From NCBI GenBank assembly GCA_963805975.1, contig CAWDVR010000001.1, forward strand, positions 480,001 to 544,000: a stretch of 64,000 nt of DNA. The letters run 5' to 3'. Positions 18,276 through 28,246 of this stretch are shown here, piece by piece. The position numbers and the translations under genes are program-made. The DNA is from an uncultured Acidobacteriota bacterium (GTDB lineage: Bacteria > Acidobacteriota > Thermoanaerobaculia > Multivoradales > SZUA-115). Under the pieces are notes generated by a model. The model searched no databases. It saw nothing but the letters and a program-made list of their open reading frames with translations, and had not been told where the DNA came from. Position 1 is the stretch's first letter, and each line of letters opens with the position of its first letter.

Positions 18276-18935
18276 GTGTCGGATCGCTGTCTTCTCGTGT
18301 TCACCAAGCCGGCCCGCGCCGGGCGGGTCAAGACCCGTCTGATCGGCGATCTTACGCCGCACGAGGCGGCCGAGCTGCACCAGGCTTTCCTGGATGACGT
18401 GCTCGAACGGCTGGGCGCGGGCGCCTTCGATCTGCGGATCGCCTGGGCGCTCGACGACGGCGAGGAGCTGCCGCTCGCCGGGCCGCCGGGCGAGCGCCAG
18501 CAGGGCAACGACCTCGGCGAACGGCTGTTCCGAGCGCTGTCGGCGGCCGGCCGCCGCTATCCGCTGGTGGCGGCGGTGGGGAGCGATCACCCGACCTTGC
18601 CGCTCGCCCACGTGGAGCGGGCCTTCGATCTCCTCGCCCGCGACCGGGACGTGGTGCTGGGGCCGGCGGACGACGGTGGCTACTACCTGATCGCGGCACG
18701 GTCCGAGGCCCTCCGGCCGGCGCTCTTCTCGGGCGTGCCGTGGAGCACGGAGCAGGTGCTCGCGGAGACTCTCTCGCGTTGCCGAGCCTCGGGCCTCGAG
18801 GTCGAGCTCCTGCCCCCGGCGCGCGACGTCGACACGCCGGCCGACCTCGCGGCCCTGGCCGGCGCGCTGCTGGCGGGGGAGGACGGCTGCCCGCGCACGC
18901 GGCAGCTCCTGGGCTCCTGGGGGAGGCTCGGATGA
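18276..18935 (+). CDS. DUF2064 / TIGR04282-type nucleotide-diphospho-sugar transferase-like protein
   Basis: FTKPARAGRVKTRL, QQGNDLGERL, GSDHP, LGPADDGGYYLI, WST, DVDTPADL. Confidence 0.88.
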   Translation: MSDRCLLVFTKPARAGRVKTRLIGDLTPHEAAELHQAFLDDVLERLGAGAFDLRIAWALDDGEELPLAGPPGERQQGNDLGERLFRALSAAGRRYPLVAAVGSDHPTLPLAHVERAFDLLARDRDVVLGPADDGGYYLIAARSEALRPALFSGVPWSTEQVLAETLSRCRASGLEVELLPPARDVDTPADLAALAGALLAGEDGCPRTRQLLGSWGRLG

Positions 18936-20482
18936 AGATCCTCACCAGCGCCGCCATGCAGGCCGTGGACCGCCGGGCGATCGAGGAGATCGGCATCCCC
19001 TCCCTGGTGCTGATGGAGAACGCGGCCCTGGGCGTGGTCGAGGCGATCGCCGGCCACTTTCCCCGCGCGCAGTCGGTGGCGATCTTCTGTGGGCCCGGCA
19101 ACAACGGCGGCGACGGCCTGGCGGTGGCGCGGCACCTGGACGTGCGCGGCTACGAAGTGCGCCTCTTCCTGGCGACGGGCGGCAGGGACCTCGGCGGCGA
19201 CGCCGCCACGCAGCTCGAGATCTGCCGGCGCTCGGGGCTCGAGGTCGTCGAGATCCTGGACTCGGCCGGTGTGGACGCCGTGCTCGCCGAGGTCCACGGC
19301 TGCGATTTGGCGGTCGACGCCCTCTTCGGCACCGGCCTCGGACGGCCGCTCGAGGGACTGTTCGCCGAATTGGTGGCGGCCTTGAACACTCTGACCGTGC
19401 CAATTCTCGCCGTCGATCTGCCGAGCGGTCTCGACGGCTCGCGCGCCGAGCTCATCGGGCCCTGCGTAGAGGCCGGGCTGACCGTGACCTTCGCCGCGCC
19501 CAAGATCGCGCACGTGTTTCCTCCCGCTGCTCGCGCGGTGGGAGAGCTGGCAGTCGCGGACCTCGGCATTCCGGCCTTCCTGGTGGAGGAGGCCGAGGGC
19601 GATCTCTCGCTGCTCTCGGCTGAAGAGGTGGCGGGGCTCCTGCCGCGCCGGCGGGAGGACAGCCACAAGGGCGATCACGGCCACGTGCTCGTCGTGGCCG
19701 GGGGGCCGGGGAGGGCCGGCGCGGCCATCCTGGCGGCGCGGGCCGCGGTGGCCTCTGGCGCGGGCCTGGTGACGGCGGCCGTGCCGGCGCCGATCGCGTC
19801 CACGGTGGACGGCGGCTCGATCGAGTCCATGACCCTGAGCCTCCCGGCCCAGGCCGATGGCGAGCTGGCCGCCGCCGCCGCCGCGGCCGTGCTCGCTGCT
19901 TGCGAAGGAAAAGACGTCGTGGCGCTCGGCCCCGGCCTGGGCCGGAGCGAGGGCGCCGAGGCCGCCATCCGCGAGATCGCGGCGGCCTGCCCGCTGCCGC
20001 TGGTGCTCGACGCCGACGGCCTCAACGCTTTCGCCGGCCGGCTGGCGGACCTCGCGGCGCGCCCGGCGCCGACGGTGCTGACCCCTCATCCCGGCGAGAT
20101 GGCGCGGCTCCTGGGTCTGACCACGGCCGAGGTGCAGGCCGACCGGCCGGCCGCGGTACGCCGGGCAGCGGAGCTCTCCGGCGCGGTGGTGGTGCTCAAG
20201 GGCCATCTCACGCTGATCGCCGTCGCGGGCGGCGTGCGGGTCAACCCGACCGGCGGCCCGGCGATGGCGAGCGGTGGCAGCGGCGACGTACTGACCGGTA
20301 TGATCGCCGCCCTCCTGGCGCAGGGTCTGGCGGCCGAGGAGGCGGCCGCGGCCGGCGTCTTTCTGCACGGCCTGGCCGGCGACCGGCTGGCGGCTGATTC
20401 CTCGCGTTTCGCGCTGGCGGTCCCGGCGGCCGAGCTCGCGGCCGAGGTGCCGGCGGCGCTCGCGGCTCTCTCCCGCTCATGA
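18932..20482 (+). CDS. nnr: bifunctional NAD(P)H-hydrate epimerase/dehydratase
   Basis: LMENAA, GPGNNGGDG, DALFGTG, DLPSG, HKGDHG, GPGLG, DADG, TPHPGEMARL, MASGGSGDVLTG. Confidence 0.95.
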   Translation: MKILTSAAMQAVDRRAIEEIGIPSLVLMENAALGVVEAIAGHFPRAQSVAIFCGPGNNGGDGLAVARHLDVRGYEVRLFLATGGRDLGGDAATQLEICRRSGLEVVEILDSAGVDAVLAEVHGCDLAVDALFGTGLGRPLEGLFAELVAALNTLTVPILAVDLPSGLDGSRAELIGPCVEAGLTVTFAAPKIAHVFPPAARAVGELAVADLGIPAFLVEEAEGDLSLLSAEEVAGLLPRRREDSHKGDHGHVLVVAGGPGRAGAAILAARAAVASGAGLVTAAVPAPIASTVDGGSIESMTLSLPAQADGELAAAAAAAVLAACEGKDVVALGPGLGRSEGAEAAIREIAAACPLPLVLDADGLNAFAGRLADLAARPAPTVLTPHPGEMARLLGLTTAEVQADRPAAVRRAAELSGAVVVLKGHLTLIAVAGGVRVNPTGGPAMASGGSGDVLTGMIAALLAQGLAAEEAAAAGVFLHGLAGDRLAADSSRFALAVPAAELAAEVPAALAALSRS

Positions 20483-20919
20483 GCGCGGCGGAGCCGGGGG
20501 CGGCCAGGGTCTGGAGGAGCGCCTCCGAAGAAGAGACGCGCGCCCTGGGCGCCCGGCTCGCGGCCGAGCTCCTGCCGCGCGGCGTGCTGCTGCTCGAGGG
20601 TGATCTCGGCACCGGCAAGACGGTCCTGGCGCAGGGCATCGCGGCCGGGCTCGGCATCGATCCGCGGCAGGTGCAGTCGCCGACCTACACGCTGATTCGC
20701 GAGCACCAGGGGTCTGGGGGACGGCTGGTTCACGCTGATCTCTACCGCCTGGAGCCGGAGGAGGCCGCGGGCCTGGGCCTCGAGGAGCTGGTGACGGGCG
20801 AGGCCGTGGTGGTCGTCGAGTGGGCGGAGCGCCTGCCCTTCGCGCTCCCCGGCGCGCGGCGGATTCGCCTGACACGCCTGCCTGCCGGCGGGCGCGAGAT
20901 CGTGGAAACCAACCAATGA
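20479..20919 (+). CDS. tsaE: tRNA threonylcarbamoyladenosine biosynthesis ATPase
   Basis: GDLGTGKT, QSPTYTL, HADLYRL, VEWAE; follows nnr. Confidence 0.95.
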   Translation: MSAAEPGAARVWRSASEEETRALGARLAAELLPRGVLLLEGDLGTGKTVLAQGIAAGLGIDPRQVQSPTYTLIREHQGSGGRLVHADLYRLEPEEAAGLGLEELVTGEAVVVVEWAERLPFALPGARRIRLTRLPAGGREIVETNQ

Positions 20920-20942
20920 GTACCGAGACTGGAGATACAGGA

Positions 20943-21800
20943 ATGACGATCAAGAAAGTGGGAGTGCTCGGCTGCGGCCTGATGGGCTCCGGCATCGCCG
21001 AGGTGGCGGCCAAGGCGGGCTACGTCACGGTGGTGCGCGAGGTGAACGAGGAGTTCCTGGGTAAGGGCCTATCGAAGATCCAGGGCTCGCTCGCCAAGGC
21101 GGTGGAGAAGGGCAAGCTCGACGCCGAGGGCAGGGACAAGGCGCTCGCCAACCTGAGCGGCACGATGGACTTTTCCGGCCTCGCGGACTGCGACCTGGTG
21201 GTCGAGGCGATCATCGAGAACGTGGAGGAGAAGCAGCGCACCTACCAGGCGCTCGAGGCGGCGGTGCAGGAGAGCGCCATCTTTGCCAGCAACACCTCCT
21301 CGCTCACCATCACGCAGCTCGCCATGGCGACGAAACGGCCGGACCGCTTCGTGGGCCTGCACTTCTTCAACCCGGTTCCGGTGATGAAGCTGGTGGAGGT
21401 GGTACGCACGCTCCTGACCTCGGACGAGGCCTTCGGGGCGACCTTCGACTGGGTGCGCTCGCTGGGCAAAGAGCCGGTCGCGGCGCGCGACAACTCGGGC
21501 TTCATCGTCAACCGGCTGCTGGTGCCGTACCTGCTCGACGCGATCCGCGCCTACGAGGAGGGCGTGGGCTCGGTGGAGGACATCGACAAGGGCATGCAGC
21601 TCGGCTGCGGCTACCCGATGGGGCCCTTCACGCTGCTCGATTTCGTGGGCCTGGACACCACCTACTACATCGCCAACATCATGTTCGAGGAGTACCGCGA
21701 GAAGCGCTTCGCACCGCCGCCGCTCCTGAAGCAGATGGTGCTGGCGGGAAGGCTGGGCAAGAAGAGCGGGCGCGGGTTCTACGACTACGGGAAGAAGTAG
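20943..21800 (+). CDS. hbd: 3-hydroxybutyryl-CoA / 3-hydroxyacyl-CoA dehydrogenase (alternative start 20916)
   Basis: GCGLMGSG, VEAIIEN, ASNTSS, HFFNPVPVM, GFIVNRL, PMGP, GKKSGRGFY. Confidence 0.92.
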   Translation: MTIKKVGVLGCGLMGSGIAEVAAKAGYVTVVREVNEEFLGKGLSKIQGSLAKAVEKGKLDAEGRDKALANLSGTMDFSGLADCDLVVEAIIENVEEKQRTYQALEAAVQESAIFASNTSSLTITQLAMATKRPDRFVGLHFFNPVPVMKLVEVVRTLLTSDEAFGATFDWVRSLGKEPVAARDNSGFIVNRLLVPYLLDAIRAYEEGVGSVEDIDKGMQLGCGYPMGPFTLLDFVGLDTTYYIANIMFEEYREKRFAPPPLLKQMVLAGRLGKKSGRGFYDYGKK

Positions 21801-21908
21801 GGGCGGGCGAGGGCGAAACGGGGAGAGGCTGGGGAAGGCCCACCATGGGCCACGGTGCTATGCTCGGCCCCTTCGCGCGCCGCCTGCCGGGGCGCGCCCT
21901 CCAAAGCG

Positions 21909-22925
21909 ATGACCAGCCTTACCCTCGCCGAGCAGGGCATCGAGACCCTTTTCGGCGTCCAGGACGAGAACCTCCGCCGCATCGAGCGCGCCTTCGGCGT
22001 GGCGATCGCCGCCCGTGGCTCGGAGCTCAAGATCACCGGCGACCCGGCCGGCATCGAGGCGGCGGAGCGCCTGCTGCGGGAGCTGGTGCAGCTCCTCGAG
22101 CAGGGCTATCGCTTCCGCCCCGGCGACGTCGCCACCGCCGTCCGCGTGGCGAGCGAAGAACCCGGGACCTCGCTACTCAGCTTTTTCCTGCCGGAAGGCC
22201 CGCTCGCCGCGGTGCGCCGGCTGGTGGCGCCGCGGAGCGTCCGCCAGCAGGACTACCTGCAGGCGATGCTCGACTACGACATGGTGATCTCGATCGGCCC
22301 GGCCGGCACCGGCAAGACCTACCTCGCCGTGGCCATGGCGGCTGCCGCGCTCAACGAGAAGCGCGCCAAGCGCATCGTGCTGGCGCGGCCGGCGGTCGAG
22401 GCGGGCGAGAAGCTCGGCTTCCTGCCCGGTGACTTGGCGGAGAAGGTCAACCCCTACCTGCGGCCCCTCCACGACGCGCTCTACGACCTGATCGGCTACG
22501 AGAAGGTGGGCCGCATGATGGAGCGGGGGATCATCGAGGTGGCGCCGCTCGCCTTCATGCGCGGGCGGACCCTCAACGACAGCTTCATCATCATGGACGA
22601 AGCCCAGAACACCACCAGCGAGCAGATGAAGATGTTCCTGACCCGCATCGGCTTCAACTCCAAGGCGGTGATCAACGGCGACGTCACCCAGGTCGACCTG
22701 CCGGCCGGCAAGCCCTCGGGCCTCGCCGAGGCGCGGCAGGTGCTGGCCGGGGTGGAGGGCATCAAGTTCGTGGAGTTCGACCAGCGCGACGTGGTGCGGC
22801 ACAATCTGGTGCAGAAGATCATCACCGCGTACGGCCGCTGGGACCAGGCGAAGCAGGCCCACGCGGCGGGGGGGCGCGAGCCGGCAGGGGCTCCACCGTC
22901 CGCCGCCGGCCCCTCGTCGCCCTGA
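21909..22925 (+). CDS. phoH: PhoH family ATPase
   Basis: [45 protein letters not shown]. Confidence 0.95.
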   Translation: MTSLTLAEQGIETLFGVQDENLRRIERAFGVAIAARGSELKITGDPAGIEAAERLLRELVQLLEQGYRFRPGDVATAVRVASEEPGTSLLSFFLPEGPLAAVRRLVAPRSVRQQDYLQAMLDYDMVISIGPAGTGKTYLAVAMAAAALNEKRAKRIVLARPAVEAGEKLGFLPGDLAEKVNPYLRPLHDALYDLIGYEKVGRMMERGIIEVAPLAFMRGRTLNDSFIIMDEAQNTTSEQMKMFLTRIGFNSKAVINGDVTQVDLPAGKPSGLAEARQVLAGVEGIKFVEFDQRDVVRHNLVQKIITAYGRWDQAKQAHAAGGREPAGAPPSAAGPSSP

Positions 22926-22990
22926 GCGGAACGAAGGATCGAGACGAAGCTGCCCGCGCCGGCAGATCCTTCGCTGCGCTCAGGATGACA
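22916..22990. repeat. inverted dimer of the GTCATCCTGAGC REP-like family overlapping the phoH stop
   Basis: GTCGCCCTGAGCGGAACGAAGGATC (22916-22940) and GATCCTTCGCTGCGCTCAGGATGACA (22965-22990). Confidence 0.8.
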
Positions 22991-23025
22991 GTCGGTATTT
23001 GCGAATCGCGATAGCGAGCGCAGCC

Positions 23026-25404
23026 ATGGCGAGAGCCGAGGACCGGTTCAAGAGGCACCCCACCGAGGAGGTGCGGGCGGTGGCCCGCCGTCGGCCCCGG
23101 CGGTTGCGGCGTTGGGTGGCGCGGCGTTGGGGCCGCCTGCTCGAGTCGTCGTGGCTGTTCCTCGCTGGCTTCCTGGTCGCCGGCGCCGCCTCCCTCCTGC
23201 CCTGGAGTGCCCTCTTCGCGCCGCGGATCGAGGCCGGGGCCATCGCCGGCCGCGACTTCATCGCCCCGCGCGACCTGCTGCTCCCCGACGACGAGAGCAC
23301 CCTCGCCCGCCAGCAGAAGGCGCGCGACGAGGTGCTGCCGGTCTACGACTTCGACCCCCGGCCCGAGGTCGCGGGCCGGCTCGGGGAGCTCTTCGCGGCG
23401 GGCCGGGCGCTGCTGCCGGGCGAGGGCGCGGCGCGGCTGCGGGGCGACCCGGCGACGCCGGCCCGGGTCGAGGCCCTGGTGCCCGCCACCACGCTCAAGA
23501 TCACGCCGGGCCAGGCGGCGCTCCTGCTGCGTACCGGCCTCACCCCGGAGCTCGAAGATCGCGTGCGCGGCCTCGCCTCGCAGGTCGCCCGCCGCGGCGT
23601 CGCGCTGGGCAAGAGCGAGCTCCTGGAGAACCGCCTGCGCGGCATCTCGCTGCGCAACCTGGCGACCGGCTTCGAGGCGCCGAGCCTGGATCTCTACGAC
23701 TACCTCGGCTACCCGGACGAGGTGCGGGACCAGGTGGAGACCGAGGTGCGGGCCTGGCCCGGCTTGAGCGGCAGCGAGGGCCGGCTCCTGGCGCTCTTCC
23801 TGACCACCAACCTGGGCCCCAACCTGCACTTCAACCAGAGCGAGACGCTGCTGCGGCAGGAGGCGGCGGCGCTCGCCGCGCCGCCGAGCTTCACCCGCGT
23901 GCGCCAGGGCCAGGTGATCGCCCGGAAAGGCGATCAGCTCGACCCGGCGGCGGTGCGGGTGATCGGCTCCTACCAGAGCGCCGACGCGCCCTCGTGGTGG
24001 CAGTCGCTGCAGCTCGCCGGGGTCCTGGCCCTCCTCGCGGGGGCGGCCTTCGTCGCCTGGCTGTCGCTCGCCAGCGAGCGGGTGGAGCACCGGAGCCGAC
24101 GGCGCCTGTGGAGCGAGTCGCTGCTGCTCCTGGGGGCGAGCCTGGTCCTGGCGCGGCTGGGCCTGGTGATCGCCGAGGCCCTGGCCGGTTCGTTCGACGG
24201 GCCTCCCCTGACCTCGGCCCGCGCCTTCACCTTTGCCGTGCCCTTCGCCACCCTGGGCCTGCTGGCGGCCCTGCTCTTCGGCCGCGCCCGGGCGCTGACC
24301 CTGGCGCCGGTCTTCTCCCTCCTGGTCGCCTGGCTGGCCGGCGCCGAGGGCCTGTGGATGGCGCTCCTCGCCCTGGCGGGAAACCTGGCGGCGATCTACT
24401 CGCTCGATCCCTACCAGGTCAAGCAGCGGCTGGTGATGACGCGCTCCGGCGTGGTGGTCGGCGCGGTCAATGCCGGTCTGGTGCTGGTGCTGCGCGCCCT
24501 GGGGCAGGGCTGGTCGGGCGGCCTCGTGCAGGTCTCTTTCGAGCTCGTCTGCGCGGTCGCCGGCGGCCTCCTGGCGGCGGCCATCGCGAGCTTCGCCCTG
24601 CCGCTCTTCGAGGCCGCCTACGGCCTCGCCACCGACATCAAGCTCGCCGAGCTGGCCAACACCAACCTGCCGCTCCTGCGCCGGCTGGCCTACGAGGCGC
24701 CGGGCACCTTCCAGCACTCGCTGATGGTGGCGAACCTCGCCAAGCAGGCCTCGGAGGAGATCGGCGCCGACGCACCGCTCGCCTACACCGCCGGCCTCTA
24801 CCACGACGTGGGCAAGCTCCTGCGGCCGGACTACTTCGTCGAGAACCAGCGGCCGGGCGCCAACCCGCACGACAAGCTGCAACCGACGATGAGCGCGCTG
24901 ATCCTCGTCAACCACATCAAGGACGGCCGCGAGCTGGCGCGCGAGCACCACCTGCCGCAGGCCCTGGTGGACGCCATCGAGCAGCACCACGGTACGCGCC
25001 TCATCAAGTACTTCTACGGCCGCGCCGCCGCGCAGCGGGAGAGAGGGACAGGGGAGCTGCCGGAGGAGGCGTTCCGCTATCCCGGCCCCCGGCCGCAGAG
25101 CAAGGTGATGGGAGTGCTGATGCTGGCCGACGCGGTCGAGGCCGCGAGCCGCACCCTCGTCGACCTCACCGTGCCCAAGGTGCGCACTCTGATCCGCACC
25201 ATCGTCGAGGACTGCCTGCAGGATCGCCAGCTCGACGAGACCGATCTGACGCTCGCCGACCTGGCGCGGGTCTCCGAGTCCTTCCTGCGGGTGCTGACCA
25301 CGATCTTCCACCAGCGCGTGGACTACCCCGGATTCGACTTCAACGCCGAGCCGCGCGAGAAGCGGCCGGCGAAGGTGATCCCGCTGGCTCAGGTGCGGCC
25401 ATAG
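23026..25404 (+). CDS. 7TM-HDIG phosphohydrolase (PgpH-like)
   Basis: Extracellular domain, 7TM region, APGTFQHS, YHDVGK, FVENQ, NPHD, HHGT, RYPGPRPQ, LAD; between phoH and ybeY. Confidence 0.9.
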   Translation: MARAEDRFKRHPTEEVRAVARRRPRRLRRWVARRWGRLLESSWLFLAGFLVAGAASLLPWSALFAPRIEAGAIAGRDFIAPRDLLLPDDESTLARQQKARDEVLPVYDFDPRPEVAGRLGELFAAGRALLPGEGAARLRGDPATPARVEALVPATTLKITPGQAALLLRTGLTPELEDRVRGLASQVARRGVALGKSELLENRLRGISLRNLATGFEAPSLDLYDYLGYPDEVRDQVETEVRAWPGLSGSEGRLLALFLTTNLGPNLHFNQSETLLRQEAAALAAPPSFTRVRQGQVIARKGDQLDPAAVRVIGSYQSADAPSWWQSLQLAGVLALLAGAAFVAWLSLASERVEHRSRRRLWSESLLLLGASLVLARLGLVIAEALAGSFDGPPLTSARAFTFAVPFATLGLLAALLFGRARALTLAPVFSLLVAWLAGAEGLWMALLALAGNLAAIYSLDPYQVKQRLVMTRSGVVVGAVNAGLVLVLRALGQGWSGGLVQVSFELVCAVAGGLLAAAIASFALPLFEAAYGLATDIKLAELANTNLPLLRRLAYEAPGTFQHSLMVANLAKQASEEIGADAPLAYTAGLYHDVGKLLRPDYFVENQRPGANPHDKLQPTMSALILVNHIKDGRELAREHHLPQALVDAIEQHHGTRLIKYFYGRAAAQRERGTGELPEEAFRYPGPRPQSKVMGVLMLADAVEAASRTLVDLTVPKVRTLIRTIVEDCLQDRQLDETDLTLADLARVSESFLRVLTTIFHQRVDYPGFDFNAEPREKRPAKVIPLAQVRP

Positions 25405-25463
25405 CCCAACCGCGATACACTGCCGGCTACTCGACCGATCCCGGCCGTCCCCCTGTTCTCACG

Positions 25464-25946
25464 TTGAGCGCCAACCCTTCCCCTGCCTCCGGCTCCGCGA
25501 GCGTGCCTTCCGAGCGCACGCCGCCCGAGGTGACGATCCAGAACCCCTGCCAGTACCGCGAAGCGGGCGCCCGGCGGCTGCGCCCGTGGCTGGTGGAGAT
25601 GGTCGGCTCGCTGGTGGAGGCCGCCCCGAGCTTCGTCGTGCGCTTCGTCAGCGATCGCGAGATGCGCCAGCTCAACCGCCTGTATCGCAACCTGGACAAG
25701 ACCACCGACGTGCTCTCCTTCCCCGGCGAGGACAGCCCCGAGGGCGACCATCTGGGCGACGTGGTGATCTCGGTGCCCACGGCGCGCCAGCAGGCCCACC
25801 GGGCCGGCCACGCCATCGAGACCGAGCTCAGGGTCCTCATCCTCCACGGCCTGCTCCACTGCCTGGGCCACGACCACGAGACCGATGACGGCGAGATGAC
25901 GGCCTTGGAGCAGAAGCTCCGCCGGCAGTGGGTTCACCATGCCTGA
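25464..25946 (+). CDS. ybeY: rRNA maturation endoribonuclease YbeY (start uncertain: 25464 or 25503)
   Basis: LNRLYR, TDVLSF, LGDVVIS, HGLLHCLGHDH. Confidence 0.92.
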   Translation: MSANPSPASGSASVPSERTPPEVTIQNPCQYREAGARRLRPWLVEMVGSLVEAAPSFVVRFVSDREMRQLNRLYRNLDKTTDVLSFPGEDSPEGDHLGDVVISVPTARQQAHRAGHAIETELRVLILHGLLHCLGHDHETDDGEMTALEQKLRRQWVHHA

Positions 25947-25948
25947 AT

Positions 25949-27220
25949 ATGCTTAACCCGCTGCCGCTCTTCTGGCTGGCGGCCGGACTGCTCGCCCTCA
26001 CCAGCCTGCTGGTGGTGCTCTCGGCACTGCTCGAAAGGAGCGGGCCGATCCGCCTGCGGCACTTCGCCGAGGAGACCGGCGGCCAGGTGAGCAAGCTCTT
26101 CGACTCGCCGCCGCGCTTCGAGGCCTTCCGCTACCTGCTCTCCTTCCTCGCCAAGGCAATGCCGGCGGCGCTGTGCGTGACCCTGATGCTCTTCTTCCTG
26201 GCGCTCGAAGCGCCGCCGCTCCGGGCGGCGGTGCTCGCCTTCACGGTGGCCGGGCTCCTCGCCCTGATGGTGGAGCTCGCCAACCGGGTGCTCCTGGGCC
26301 GCGACCCGGAGGCGGCCCTCAGCCGGCTGACCCTGCCCTACCGCTTCTCGATCTTCCTCCTGGCGCCGGCCGTGTCGCTGGTGGCGCTCTTTCTGCCGGG
26401 TCTCACCGACAGCCGGGAAGAGCAGCCGGAGGAGGAGGACGAGGCCTCCGAGGAGGAGATCGAGGCGTTCATCGACGTGGGGACCCGGGAAGGCATCCTG
26501 GAGCCCGACCAGGGCGACCTGGTGCGCGGCGTGGTGGACTTCGGCGAGACCCAGGTGAAGAGCGTGATGACGCCGCGGGTCGACATCGTGGCCGCTTCCG
26601 CCTCCGCGACCCTCGAGGAGCTGGTGCCGGTGTTCATCGAGTCCAAGTGCTCGCGCCTGCCGCTCTACGAGGAGTCGATCGACCACGTGGTGGGCATCCT
26701 CCACATCCGCGACCTGCTGGCCGCGCTCTACACGCCGGAGCGGCCCCCGGCCCGGCAGCTCGCCAAGCCGGCGTACGTGGTGCCGATCAGCAAGCCGCTC
26801 GACGAGCTGCTGCGCGAGCTGCAGGCCCGGCGCACGGAGATGGCGATCGTGGTCGACGAGTACGGCGGCACCGCCGGCCTGGTGACGGTGGAGGATCTGG
26901 TGGAGGAGATCGTCGGCGACCTGGGCGACGAGCACGAGGACGTCGACGTGCCGCCCGAGGAGCTCAGCGAGGGCCGCTGGCGGCTCGAGGGCCGCACGCA
27001 CCTCGAGGAGCTCGAGGAGCTGGCGGGCATCGAGATCGAGCCCGGCCCCTACGAGACGGTGGGCGGCCTGATCCTCTCGCTGGCCGGCAAGGTGCCGGAG
27101 CCCGGCACGGTGATCGAAAATCTCGGCCTGGTCTTCACCGTCGACCAGGTGAGCGAGCGCCGCATCGAATGGGTGACGGTCGAGAAGGCGACGGCGGCAG
27201 AGGAGGCTCCCGATGGCTAA
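25949..27220 (+). CDS. HlyC/CorC (CNNM + CBS + CorC) family transporter-associated protein
   Basis: TM N-terminus, VMTPR, SRLPLY, AIVVDEYGGTAGLVTVEDLVEEIVG. Confidence 0.9.
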   Translation: MLNPLPLFWLAAGLLALTSLLVVLSALLERSGPIRLRHFAEETGGQVSKLFDSPPRFEAFRYLLSFLAKAMPAALCVTLMLFFLALEAPPLRAAVLAFTVAGLLALMVELANRVLLGRDPEAALSRLTLPYRFSIFLLAPAVSLVALFLPGLTDSREEQPEEEDEASEEEIEAFIDVGTREGILEPDQGDLVRGVVDFGETQVKSVMTPRVDIVAASASATLEELVPVFIESKCSRLPLYEESIDHVVGILHIRDLLAALYTPERPPARQLAKPAYVVPISKPLDELLRELQARRTEMAIVVDEYGGTAGLVTVEDLVEEIVGDLGDEHEDVDVPPEELSEGRWRLEGRTHLEELEELAGIEIEPGPYETVGGLILSLAGKVPEPGTVIENLGLVFTVDQVSERRIEWVTVEKATAAEEAPDG

Positions 27221-28127
27221 GTTCGGCACCGTGGCGTTGATCGGCCGCCCCAACGCCGGCAAGTCGACGCTCCTCAACCACTGGCTGGGGGAGAAGCTGT
27301 CGATCGTCTCGGACAAGCCGCAGACCACGCGCCAACGGATCGTCGGCATCCTGTCGAACGAACGCGGCCAGATGGTGTTCTACGACACGCCGGGCGTCCA
27401 CAAGCCGCTCCATCGCCTCAACCGCCAGATGGTGCAGCACGCGGTGACGGCGATGAACGACGCGGACGTGGTCTGCGTGCTGGTCGACGTCTCGCAGCCG
27501 GCGGGGTCGGGCGACGCCTTCCTGATCGAGCTGGTGAAGAAGGCCAGGGCGCCCAAGATCGTGCTCTTCAACAAGATCGACCTGGTCGCCAAGCGCAAGC
27601 TCCTGCCGCGCATGGAGAGCTACTCCCTGGAGAAGGTGTTCGATGAGATCGTGCCCGTCTCGGCGCTCTCGGGCGACGGCGCGGACCTCGCGCTCGACAT
27701 CCTCTGGCAGAAGCTGCCCGAGGGCGAGCCGCGCTTCGACGCCGAGCTCCTGACCACCCATCCCGAACGCTTCCTGGCCGCCGAGCGCATCCGCGAGAAG
27801 GTGCTGGCCGAGACCCGCGACGAGCTGCCGTTCGCCACCGCGGTGGCGATCGAGCGCTGGGAAGAGGACGAGGAGAAGGGCCTGGCGCGGATCTACGCCG
27901 AGCTGATCGTCGAGCGCGAGGGCCAGAAGAAGATCCTGATCGGCAAGGCCGGCGAGCGCGTCAAGTCGATCGGCACCGCCGCGCGGCTCGACCTCGAAGA
28001 GTTCCTCGGCCGCCGCGTGTTCCTCGACCTCCGCGTCAAGGTGGTCGAGGACTGGCGCGAGAGCCGCGGGATGCTGGCGGAGCTGGACCGATTCGTGGGG
28101 CTGGACGGAGACCTGGAAGGCGACTGA
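27213..28127 (+). CDS. era: GTPase Era
   Basis: GRPNAGKS, QTTR, DTPG, NKID, KH domain with ILIGKAG. Confidence 0.96.
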   Translation: MAKFGTVALIGRPNAGKSTLLNHWLGEKLSIVSDKPQTTRQRIVGILSNERGQMVFYDTPGVHKPLHRLNRQMVQHAVTAMNDADVVCVLVDVSQPAGSGDAFLIELVKKARAPKIVLFNKIDLVAKRKLLPRMESYSLEKVFDEIVPVSALSGDGADLALDILWQKLPEGEPRFDAELLTTHPERFLAAERIREKVLAETRDELPFATAVAIERWEEDEEKGLARIYAELIVEREGQKKILIGKAGERVKSIGTAARLDLEEFLGRRVFLDLRVKVVEDWRESRGMLAELDRFVGLDGDLEGD

Positions 28128-28132
28128 CAGAG

Positions 28133-28240
28133 CCCTCACCCCATCCCTCTCCCGCAAGCGGGAGAGGGGGCCAGAGCGACGAGATCTTCAGATTTGGTTC
28201 CCTCGCCCCGCGTGAGCGGGGAGAGGGCTAGGGTGAGGGG
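28133..28240. repeat. inverted dimer of the CCCTCACCC..CCCTCTCCC palindromic element between convergent genes
   Basis: CCCTCACCCCATCCCTCTCCCGCAAGCGGGAGAGGG and CCCTCGCCCCGCGTGAGCGGGGAGAGGGCTAGGGTGAGGGG. Confidence 0.85.
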
Positions 28241-28246
28241 ACCTTC

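Noticed and set aside
21801-21842. G-rich stretch after hbd resembling the CCCCTC repeat family
   Set aside because: Only a partial, degenerate match (CGGGGAGAGG); not enough to call a copy.
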